Assembly: GCA_951406725.2 (NCBI GenBank)
Contig: OX597817.1
Location: 13,020,001-13,084,000, forward strand
Length of the DNA: 64,000 bases
DNA from: Octopus vulgaris
Lineage: Eukaryota
Reading direction: 5' to 3'
Shown: piece by piece, positions 23,966 to 34,809 of the stretch
Numbering within the stretch: the stretch's first letter is position 1
Layout: each line of letters opens with the position of its first letter
Program-made: the position numbers and the translations under genes
The notes under the pieces: model-generated
What the model was told of the DNA's origin: nothing
The model's database searches: none
Seen by the model: only the letters and a program-made list of their open reading frames with translations

Positions 23966-26292
23966 GAGAAAGAGTATATATATACACACACACACATACA
24001 ATTTCCATCAACTAAATTTAGTCAAAGGCATTGGTTAGCCCAGGGTTATAGCAAAAGACACTACCCCAAGATGCTGTGAAACTGAACTCAAAACCACATG
24101 GTTGCAATGTAAGCTTAACTGCACCACTACAACAGCAATTTGTCAATAACAATGATGCTTTTATTTTTCCTTTCACATTAAAGTTATAATTTCAATTGCT
24201 CTCATGCTGTTTTTATCTCTGTTTACATGAACAGAATATCATTCAAGATATGAAACTGTTCAGCATCAAAGAAAAAATATTTAGTGTAATTATAACTCTG
24301 GGGGAAAAAATCATATTTCATCCAGTGTTTTGAATATGATTGAGATGAAATCATAATAGCCATAGCTCCAGTACACAAATATAACCAAATGTTACAACAA
24401 TTTTTTCATATTTTCCAATAAATTGCTAACCATCATGGAATCAATATGCTTTTACCCATCTCAAAGATATGAATAATAACAGGATATTCATCTTTTTGAG
24501 ATAGTGGACTTTTAGCATCCATATAAATGAGTACTTGGACAGACACATATGTGAAATGATATTGTAAAAGATTGGATTAAGATGAAGAACTTAATTCCAT
24601 CACATTATCATGAAATGATTTGATAAAGAAGAGAAATTGTGGTTTGCAAAAGACCATGTCAAAAGGAAGCTTAATGACCAACAAAGTTCTGTTAGAAACC
24701 ACCCAAGAGTTGTACCCTTCACAGTCAGAAACTCATCTTCATTTTACTTCTGCTCACAGCAGAAAGCACCCTGAATAGTCACTATATTCCATTCCTAAAC
24801 TTTAGTCCAATAATCCTTGCCTTTCCATTTTCCCTACTTCAACTTGTTCCATTGAACCAAATATAACCCCTTCTTAACTCTTTGTTACGAAGATTGTCAA
24901 CTCCCTTCTCAACACCATTCAATTGCCTCTTCTCTAGTGCTTTCTACTGACAAGAATTGCAAGCTACCAAATTGTCACTCAATAAACCTAAGCTGTATAA
25001 CAGTTACATTGATGGCTGTACAGGTGGTGCCATACTCAGTCTTTATCTTCCAAATTAACATCCTCACCACACTGGAATCCACTTCTACCATATCACAAAG
25101 AGAAAACCTCTACACAGCTTCTCAAACTTAACTATAGCAATCAGTTTCTTACAAATTACACCACTACTGTCTTAGTTGAAAGTTAACATTAGAAAGTGTA
25201 GCTCTAGATGCCTCTAAAAACTTGAGATGATCAAGGCTGCAATGCCTTTGATCAATTGTTCAGTCAGAGCTAACCTAAGGCAAAACAACTTCCTTAAAAT
25301 TTGTCTATCAACAACCCACCTCTGTTCACTTCAAACCAACAGAGGCCCACCTTTTCCTACACACCAAAGCAACCTACTCCTTCCAACTTCTCTCTCTCTC
25401 TCTCATAGTTACTCCAATCTGTTATTGACACTAACCTCCACCTTACCCAAACAATCAGCTGAACAACTGTACTCACCTGCCTAAAGACTGGAATCACTTT
25501 TCTCCTACTTCATTCTACGCCTATTGTAGATGTAGCTGTGTATGAATGAATGTGTAAAAAGTTCTATATACAGATTAAGGTATAGTCGAGTGGTTTCTAA
25601 CAGAACTTTGTTGGTCATTTAGCTTCCTCTTGACATGGTCTTTTGCAAACCACAATTTCTCTTTTTTATCAAATGATTTCATGATAATGTGATGGAATTT
25701 TAAAAGATCATGGAAGCATTTGTTTTAGTTTGAAAGTTCTTCATCTTAATCCAATCTTTTACAATATCATTTCACATAAATATTTAAGCCCACTATCACT
25801 GCAAGATATTTTCGGCAAGTATTGTTAACCAAAAGTGTGTCAACCCAAGCTCTGAATAAAATTGGGTAGTCAGAAACTGTGTGGATGTAAGTTAGATATA
25901 TAGTAACTGTAATCCAAAGAGCCAGCTTTGTCGGTCTGACTGTCTCACATACACACAGGTATGGCTGTGTGGTAAGTGGTTTGCTTACCTACCACATGGT
26001 TCTGGGTTCAATCCTACTGCATGGCACCTTGTATCCATGCTTGTTTATGTACGTACCACTGTTTTGACATCACAATTGTTGTAAAATGATTGTCCCTGTC
26101 ATACTAGCAGTCTCATTTACTCTTCACTACTTCACTCTGAGGAATACATTCACAGTACACACGTCTGTGGAATATTCAGCAACATAGATGTTAATCATAC
26201 GAGTCAGTTGTTTAGATCATCAAACTGGAATACTCCTTTTTGAAACAAACAGAGGGCTTATTAACTGCTATGCAAATGGGTTTGTACATATG

Positions 26293-26770
26293 TCATCATC
26301 ATTTAACGTCAGTTTTCCGCGCTAGCACGGGTTGGACGGTTTGACCGGGGTCTGTGAAGCCAGGGGCAGCACCAGGCTCCAGTCTGATCTGGCAGTGTTT
26401 CTACGGCTGGATGCCCTTCCTAACGCCAACCACTCCTTGAGTGTAGTGGGTGCTTTTTACGTGCCACCTGCACAGGTGCCGGGGGGGGGGGGTCTGGCAT
26501 CGGCCACGATCGGTCGGTGCTTTTTATGTGCCACCGGCACGGAAGCCAGCCAAGGCGGTGCTGGCATCAGCCACGTTCGGATGGTGCTTTTTATGTGCCA
26601 CCGGCACGGAAGCCAGCCAAGGCGGTGCTGGCATCAGCCACGTTCGGATGGTGCTTTTAACGTGCCACTGGCACGGAAGCCAGCCAAGGCAGTGCTGGCA
26701 TCAGCCATGTTCGGATGGTGCTTTTTATGTGCCACCGGCACAGAAGCCAGTCGAGGCGGCGCTGGCATCG
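26293..26770 (-). mobile_element. RTE 3'-UTR copy with an expanded ~67-bp minisatellite
   Basis: About four units of GGTGCTTTTTATGTGCCACCGGCACGGAAGCCAG...CTGGCATC. Confidence 0.85.
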
Positions 26771-27297
26771 TGTATGTGTACCTATAAATGCAAGCATTTT
26801 GAATGCTTACTACTGTTACTAGCTAAATAATTTAGCCAATCTAAATAGTTTTCCATGTGCAGCTGCACTTTATCCTCTGCTCCCTCTACACACTGCCCCA
26901 CCTTTTGAGACGCTTGTCTTTTCCCAGTACCTGGCTTGAAGCATTGGCTATTTCTAGCCTTCCACTAGGTTCTAGTTTTTTCTTCTACCTCAGACTTGCG
27001 TTCACCCATCATCCAAGCAATACTCAGTCTATATCTATCTCTCTCTCACTCCTAGATGGACTTATTGTTCATTCTTCACAGCAACTGAACTTACTAAACT
27101 CTAGGGACTAATTCTTGTTGACGCCATCATCAATTGGTGCAATCCTAGAATTTACCTGGTGAAACACCTTTGTAATGCTATAACAATGTGGGGAATTGGT
27201 ATCAATCTGCTTAACATAATTAATTCATTCAAGTGTTGCCAGAATGAAGGAACCATCTTCAATTACTTGCTGCACATAATTGGGGACTTATAAAGAA

Positions 27298-27656
27298 ACT
27301 AGCAGTATCGCCCGGCGTTGCTCAGGTTTGTAAGGGAAATAACTATAAAGCATTTTTAGAGAGTTATAGCCTAAAAATTAAAAAAATGGAAAATTTTTTG
27401 AGAGTTAAAAAGGTCGAGTTGCGTCCCCTAGACAGTCTGTGGTTTGTGTTTCTAATTCTCGACCCCATGTCGAATTTATCAATTTTTTTCAGAACTGGGG
27501 GAACTTTTCAAAATTTTCGCTGCGTTAGTTTTGAATTATGACATTGGGCTATGTGTGTGTCAAGTTTCATCAGAATCGGTTGAAAGCCGTGGTCAGGGTG
27601 AGGGTACAACCTGACAGACACACAGACAGACAAACTGCCGTTTATATATAGAGAGA
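27298..27656 (+). mobile_element. Helitron-like non-autonomous element (related copies 31375-31680 minus, 41538-42045 plus)
   Basis: Shared start ACTAGCAGTATCGCCCGGCGTTGCTC, subterminal (ACAG)n, end TATATATAGA; no TSD. Architecture resembles Lep1/HINE-type elements. Confidence 0.65.
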
Positions 27657-28059
27657 TGCTCGATAAAAGGACATCGTCAACATCATCGTTTAACGTCCGT
27701 TTTCCGAGCTAGCACGGGTTGGACGGTTTGACCAGGGTCTGGGAAGCCAGGGGCTGCACCAGGCTCCAGTCTGATCTGGCAGAGTTTCTACAGCTGGATG
27801 CCCTTCCTAACGCCAACCACTCCGCGAGTGTAGTAAATATCTCTTACCTGAAATATCTCACCACTGATATTGGACTGGAACAATACTGAGTAAACATGGA
27901 GAAGAGAGTTCAAATCATGTAAGACTTGCTCTCAGGTGCATTCAAGGAGCAAGAAGCAGGGAAACTGTACTGATTGTGTGTGTGTGTGTGTGTAAAATAG
28001 TCCACAGCCTTATCACATTTAAAATATTAGTGAACCAGAAAAACAAATAAAATACGGAA

Positions 28060-28776
28060 AATGAAAAAAAAAAACATCCAGAAAATTCAGAGCATTATTG
28101 CTTTATTTTATACATTTTAACTGTTGCATCAAAGTTTCTCAGATAATAACAAAGAACTTAACTTTCTGTGTGAATTATATGCCTTTGCATGTGTGTATGT
28201 GTGTGCGTGTTCATACTTGTCAGGGGATTGTTCATAACAAATGTTTACTTACTGTTAAGTAATTGACTGGAAAAAAAAAAAAAAAGAAAAAAACCTTCAG
28301 AAAGTAACATTAATTTCATTTCATTGAGCTAATATTACTAAAACATAAATAAAATCTATTTTCATAATTTGTTTTTAAATTCAAGGGTGTCAGTTGTTAC
28401 CTTGATTTTTTTTTTCAAAGGTGGCACACAAAAATGTGTGCATCTATATTTTGGCATGTTTAAGGAGATAAAAACACCTTTCTCAAGAAGGCCGAGAAAA
28501 GTTAAAGAATGCAACAAGATATTTCCCAGTGTGAAGCAGCAATGGCAAGTAGAACACGAATTGATAATGCTATCTGTCATGCTAGGACTGGTTTATGGAA
28601 GGTATCACAGGCAACAGCAGCTCATGGTTTCCAAGAGAGGAGGACTTAGACAGCTTTAGACATCATTAAAACTCATTCAAGTCCATCAGAATTTTTCCTT
28701 GGTATAGCAATTTTTATTTTACTTACAAACTAAGCTGCTTAGTCCCTGCCCTGGCAAAGTTCAATATGGTTTATTT
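28060..28776 (-). other. Probable CDV3 3' UTR with polyadenylation signals
   Basis: Repeat-poor sequence after the stop. Minus-strand AATAAA near 28770, 28713 and 28102; the last is followed by a GT/T-rich tract. Confidence 0.5.
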
Positions 28777-28888
28777 TTAGTCTTCGAGAACTTTAAATTT
28801 ATTATTTAATTTCAGTGGTAAACTGTGATTTGATGGATCTTCATAGTTGCGGTTGTTATTACGCACTCGATCTATATATTTTTTCTCT
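28777..28888 (-). CDS. CDV3: CDV3 homolog, terminal coding exon 5 (EKKYIDRVRNNNRNYEDPSNHSLPLKLNNKFKVLED*)
   Basis: Acceptor ttcttttcttttgcag|A, phase 2 fits exon 4; TAA at 28779-28777. LKLNNKFKVLE resembles the CDV3 C-terminal LQLDNQYAVLE. Confidence 0.88.
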
Positions 28889-30008
28889 CTGCAAAAGAAA
28901 AGAATCCCAAAATAAGAAAAAAATCATTACATGATTTTGCATGTGGTAAAGATTTCTTGTATTAGCAGATAATCACAAAGAGTAGGGGCTGGAGTATAGT
29001 TGACTGTTTCCTATGGCGGCTGTCGGTGTATTCTACCTTAAGCTTTCTCTTAAGTTATATTATTTATTTAGGCTTTCCTCTGAGTAAGGGAAAATACGAT
29101 TTATCGTCACTTATACTAAAGTGTTATCATTGTATCTTTAACCCTAACTGCAGTTATAACGTCATATAGACATATACGCATGGAACGCTACATCAACGAC
29201 CATGTATGTTGAATATTTTAATCGTGTCCTTTAAACTGCTATAAGAAACATAAAACAAAGATTACGGAAATGCATATTTATCTATGCTCAGTTGAAAAAC
29301 AAACGTGAAGAGAAACATTTTCTTTTTAATTATTTTATTTATATAAATATAACATTTTATATTTATTTACAAGAAGAAAGATAACTTAGTCGTGAAGAAA
29401 AAACGACTTTAAATTCCTTAGCTAATTTCTTTTTCTATCTAATACGTTAACCAACAAATCAAAATAGATTTTTGATTAACATAGACATGGCATAAAAATT
29501 TACCGATGTCTCCAAAAGAGTGAGTGTCGTGGAGTTGAATGACTACCAAACGAACACTAAAGTCTCTCCCCAAATCCAGGGTTTTTATAACTGCTCAACC
29601 TGATCAAAAAGAATCGAAATTCAGGACAAACATTCTTTTCGAAACTTCTAGAATCTTTATACGAGCAGTTACACTAACCAATGGGAAAAGAACGAAAATG
29701 ACAATTCCTTGGCAAAGACATTACATCATATTGCCAATTCGCGCCACATTTCAAAATGGCTAAAATGGCTATTGCTACAACTGAAAATCAACTTCAGTAC
29801 ATGTTATCAGTTATTTGTTTTAACTCTAAGAAGTTAAAGACAAATCTTATGAAACTGCTATCAATTCTCCTAGGATTAATAAAATTAGCATCAGACACGT
29901 GCTGGGCTTGACTCAAACTGCTATATTCTCACCTTCTAATATTAAACTATATAATATAAAATTTTAACAAAGGCTAAGTTAGTAGAATGGTGGACAAAAA
30001 TACCTTAA

Positions 30009-30214
30009 CCCTTTAGTGTTCGCATTATTCTGCCAAAACTAATGCTGTTTTTGTCCTCATTGTCCTATCTTGTAGCTATGAGATTTTGATGATGTAGCTG
30101 TTAATTTTTAAAACGATATTGTAGGGTTGGTGTGAGAGACTAGATCTGGCCAGTTTGAACATAAAACAGGCAGAATACTTTTGGCCGGATATGGTCGGTT
30201 TAAATGCTAAAGGG
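30009..30214. mobile_element. piggyBac-type MITE (related copies 54545-54765, 57739-57907)
   Basis: TTAA|CCCTTTAG...CTAAAGGG|TTAA. Confidence 0.8.
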
Positions 30215-30329
30215 TTAAGATATTTGATTATACCCCTTTTGAACACAGAGTTAAAACTCTATTCCAGCCTACTTCACCTTTTGTCCTTCTGCGTTTAATA
30301 AAATAAGTATTGAGGATAGTGGGAATATA

Positions 30330-30645
30330 AGGCCCAGTACTTATTCTATTGGTCTCTTTTGCCGAACCGCTAAGTTACGGGGACGTAAACACACCAGCAT
30401 CGGTTGTCAAGCAATGCTAGGGGGACAAACACAGACACACAAATATATACACACACATACATATATATATATATACATATATACGACAGGTTTCTTTCAG
30501 TTTCCGTCTACCAAATCCACTCACAAGGCATTGGTCGGCCTGGGGCTATAGCAGAATACACTTGCCCAAGATGCCACGCAGTGGGACTGAACCCGGAACC
30601 ATGTGGTTGGTTAGCAAGCTACTTACCACACAGCCACTCCTGCAC
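30330..30645 (-). mobile_element. SINE family A in CDV3 intron 4
   Basis: Matches family A, 3'-truncated. Confidence 0.85.
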
Positions 30646-31774
30646 CTGTACGTGAATTATTACAGAATGAGAATTCTATTCCCAATTAAATACAAAAAAT
30701 CATGCACACCTCACTTTTTGTTATATCAGAGATCCTGCTTCACTTTTACTGACAATTTTTGGTTTAGTATTACTAAGATGGGTGTAGTGACAATAGGTTA
30801 AAAAGTTCACTCTATTATAAAATTTAATTTAGTGCAATAACTTAGGTAAGTGTTATCTACCAGAGCCCCTCAGGCCAATCCAGCCTTCTTATAAAACACA
30901 GAAACTGTGGAAGCCTATTGAGTGGATTCTACATGTAATTTGAAGGTAAAGCCTTGTCATACACAGTAACATGATAAGTCTACCTGAGGATAATATAAAG
31001 TGTGCATGTACTTATGGAATAGCCAGCTACTTACATAGCAATGACATGGTAGTTGTGTTGACTGAATCATTGCATAAGACAAAAATTCCTGTGAGAATCT
31101 TGAGGGATTCACATATTGCAACTTAATGTATTCTCCACCACAAATAGGAATTATCAAAAATAGTTGCGAGTTTTTCTAAGTAACAACCAAGCATACATAT
31201 GTAACCAATAAACTTCACTGACACAATTTATCCACAGGCTTTCAATGTCCTTCCTCACGAAGAGACAGGGACAATTAAATAAAGTTAATACAAATAATGT
31301 TCAAGTTTGAACTTTTGAATCTGGACTTGATAAAGGGGGTTCAAGGAAGGATAGAATCCCAGATACACACACCAAAATCTTTATATATAAAAGTGCAGTT
31401 GTGTGAGTGTCTGTCTCCTACGATTTAGATTCCTAACTACTCCCACATTTTGCGGTGCAGTTTAACCAAAAGCGGGTATCTTATAGTCGTTATTCATATC
31501 GAGCCCTTCTGGGTATTAGCGTGCGTCTACGATGAGTCTATGATTTTAAAAAAAATTTTCCATCATTTTTTCCCATTTTTAATGCATTTTTTGCTATTAT
31601 ATAAGGGAAGTAACTCTCTAAAAATGCTTATATAGTTATTTCCCTTACAAACCCAAGCAACGCCGGGCGATACTGCTAGTATATAAATAAAAGCTTTATT
31701 TAATCAACTGAAATCATATGATTTGATATTTAAAATTTCAAAAAGTTTAGAAAAGTAAAATCGTAACACCTTAC

Positions 31775-31961
31775 ACGTCATTAGGAGCGCCACCTCCAAG
31801 GGTTGGAAAATCAACTTCACTCTGGATATTCGGAGCTGTTTTTTTAGCTAATCTTGTTCTTGTTACTGATGCTGCACTAGAACTGTTACCACGCTGAGAA
31901 GGTGGTATATATCGTCCAACTGATTTTGGTGTTTCCTGAGCTGCTACTGGTTCTGGAGTTT
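31775..31961 (-). CDS. CDV3: CDV3 homolog, coding exon 4 (ETPEP...GRYIPPSQR...APNIQSEVDFPTLGGGAPND)
   Basis: Acceptor tttttccag|AA, donor GT|GTAAGG; 187 nt. Contains the Y.PP..R and P.I.S...FP.L motifs typical of CDV3. Confidence 0.92.
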
Positions 31962-32029
31962 CTGGAAAAAAATTGAAAGAAAAAAAAAAGTTGATATCAA
32001 AGAAGAGACAATTTATTATAACAAATGCA

Positions 32030-32800
32030 TCTTTAATCTTTTGTTTGTTTCAGTCATTAGTCAGCAACCTTGAACAATTTTAGTCAAAGTGACCCCCAGT
32101 ACCTTTTTTTTTTTTCTTCTTGTAAAACCTGGTATTTATTCTATTGTTCTCTTTTGCTGAACTGCTAAAGTTATGGGGGTACCAATTGTCAAGTGGCAGT
32201 GGGGACAAAACACACACACACACACACAACAAGCTTCTTTCAGTTCTCATCAACCACATCCACTCACAAGGTTTTGGTCAGCCTGAGGCTGTAGTAGAAG
32301 ACACCAGTCCAACAGGCCACACAGTGGGAGTGAACCCAGAACCATTGGGGTTGGGAAGCTAAATTCTTACCACACATACACTTGCGCATGTACAAGTTAT
32401 CTTTCTTCTTCTTTATCTTTTACTTGTTTCGGTCATTTGACTGCGGCCATGCTGGAGCACCGCCTTTAATTGAGCAACTCGACCCCGGTACTTATTCTTT
32501 TTGTAAGCCCAGTACTTATTCTATCAGTCTCTTTTGCCGAACTGCTAAGTAACGGGGACATAAACACACCAGCATCGGTTGTCAAGCAATGCTAGGGGGA
32601 CAAACACAGACACGCATATATATATATACATACACACGACGGGCTTCTTTCAGTTTCCGTCTACCAAATCCACTCACAAGGCTTTGGTCAGCCCGAGGCT
32701 ATAGTAGAAGACACTTGCCCAAGGTGCCACACAGTGGGACTGAACCCGGAACCATGTGGTTGGTAAACAAGCTACTTACCACACAGCCACTCCTGCGCCT
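32030..32800 (-). mobile_element. Two SINE family A copies (old 32030-32390; young 32410-32800) in CDV3 intron 3
   Basis: Match to family A. Confidence 0.85.
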
Positions 32801-32919
32801 TATATTAGTTATATTAGTTCTTTGAAAACATTTCCAGAACAGTGAACTATTGTGAATTCATTCTATAATATCAACAAAGAGTTAATGCAGATTATTAAAT
32901 GAGGATTACTTCACTGTAC

Positions 32920-33074
32920 CTGGTGCAGGTGCAGGTGTTGGGGAGGGAGCTGGAGGTGTTTGTGCACCTTGTTTACTCCAAGGCCCTTGACTACTGTCGT
33001 GCCTTTCTCCAGATTCAGAATTTTCATTATTATCTTGATTCAATTCATTCTCATCATCGTCATCATCATCAGAT
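32920..33074 (-). CDS. CDV3: CDV3 homolog, coding exon 3 (SDDDDDDENELNQ...SSQGPWSKQGAQTPPAPSPTPAPAP)
   Basis: Acceptor ttttgcatttcag|A, donor CCAG|GTACAG; 155 nt, in phase. Acidic stretch followed by the conserved GPW motif. Confidence 0.92.
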
Positions 33075-33099
33075 CTGAAATGCAAAAGAGAGCAGAGAA

Positions 33100-33836
33100 T
33101 ACAGTTCTATATTCAAGAGATGAGGAATTATGTACATTATTTACACTATTTAAATTTGACAGATATTTGTCTTCATCTTGTTTGTCGTTAACACAACGTT
33201 TCGGCTGATATACCCTCCAGCCTTCATCAGGTGTCATGGGGAAATTTTGAACCTGGGTTCTCATTCATCATCATCATCTAGCGTCCGCTTTCCATGCTAG
33301 CATGAGTTGGACGGTTCAACTGGGGTCTGGGAAGCCAGAAGGCTGCACCAGGCTCCAGTCTGATCTGGCAATGTTTCTACAGCTGGATGCCCTTCCTAAC
33401 GCCAACCACTCCGTGAGTGTAGTAGGTGCTTTTTACGTGCCAGACGGGGCTGGCAAATGGCCACGATCGGATGGTTCGCTTACATGCCACCGGCACTGGT
33501 ATCACAGCTGCAATTTCCATTGTTCCTAAGGTATTTTTCGATGTTGTTGTTATTATTATTATTCAGGTCACTACCCGGAATCGAACTCGGAATCTTGCAG
33601 TTAGTAACCTGCATTCTTAACCACATATGGCAGTGCTTAAGAGTGCAGCTACTAACCCCAAGATTCCGAGTTCAATTCCAGGCAGTGACCTGAACAATAA
33701 CAACAAATACCTTAGGAATGAGAGCCCAGGTTCAAAATTTCCCCAAGACACCTGATAAAGGCTGGAGAGTAAATCAGCCGAAACAGTATGTTAATAACAA
33801 ACAAGAGGAAGACAAATATCTGTCAAATTTAAATAA
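33100..33836. mobile_element. Head-to-head pair of tRNA-headed, hammerhead-bearing SINEs (33100-33625 minus, interrupted by an RTE end at 33266-33522; 33627-33836 plus)
   Basis: Both have GTG(G/C)TTAAG...GAGTTC(G/A)ATTCC heads and a shared body ...GACACCTGAT(G/A)AAGGCTG...CAGCCGAAAC. Confidence 0.8.
33190..33235 (-). ncRNA. Minimal type I hammerhead ribozyme motif
   Basis: GACAC-CTGATGA-A-GGCTG(10 nt)CAGCC-GAAA-CGTT-GTGTT: stem I GACAC/GTGTT, stem II 5 bp, palindromic stem III AACGTT. Confidence 0.7.
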
Positions 33837-34809
33837 GGTAGAGAGCAGGGAGTCAGGCAGAAAAAGAAAAACCCACAGGCAAACTAAATTTTCCAATTTA
33901 ATGACTTTCAAAATAGATATGTGAATTTAACAAATAATGGAAAGTGCATCTAATAGAAATTCATTTTAGAAACAGTACACAGAAAAAGAAGCTAGCATTT
34001 CCCCCACCAGCTGCTGTTCGTGCTACCTGAGGTGCCACCTGGACAGTCTGTCTCCTTGGAGAAACCTCTAATTCATTCTCAAGTGCGAATAGTCATGTAG
34101 CTCTTCTACAAGACCTTGTTCTACTCCAGCTTCTTCTTCTCCCAGGGAATTGTTGCTTTGTGAGCTACATGGTGACCTCAATAGCACTAGTACATGAAAA
34201 AGCACCCTGTACACACTGTAAAGTGGTTGACATTAGGAAAGGCACCCAGCCATAGAAAGCAGAAGACACTGGAGTATGATGCAGTCCTTGCTTCATTAGA
34301 TCTTTGTCAAACCGTCCAAAACATGCCAGTATGCAACGTGGACATAAATTGATGATGGTGACAAATATGCACAAATTTACACTCACAAATGAATAAAACA
34401 AGTGACTCCAATTTTAGATTGAGCCTAATTCACATATAAAATTAAGATTCTGGATGTAAAATGTGCAAGAGTCTTGTGAGTTATCAAAAGAATAAGAAAG
34501 GTAGAGATATTAATAATGGAGTACAACTGATCTCCATCACAGAACAATAAGGATGATAGAATTACTAAACCATATTGGCTAAAGTTAAAATGTTCTCACA
34601 GTGCAGACCTATGCGTAGAGATGTTCCAATGTTGACCATCTTATACTTTTGAATATATATATATATACTAGGAGCTACACTGTCCAACATATTCTTTACT
34701 TCACATAATGGAGTGTGATTTTATGGAAATCTGGCTGCTATTTCTAACAGGTTGAATAAAAGTTGATTGATGCTAAAGGAGACAACTATTCTTGTAACGC
34801 CTTACTACC

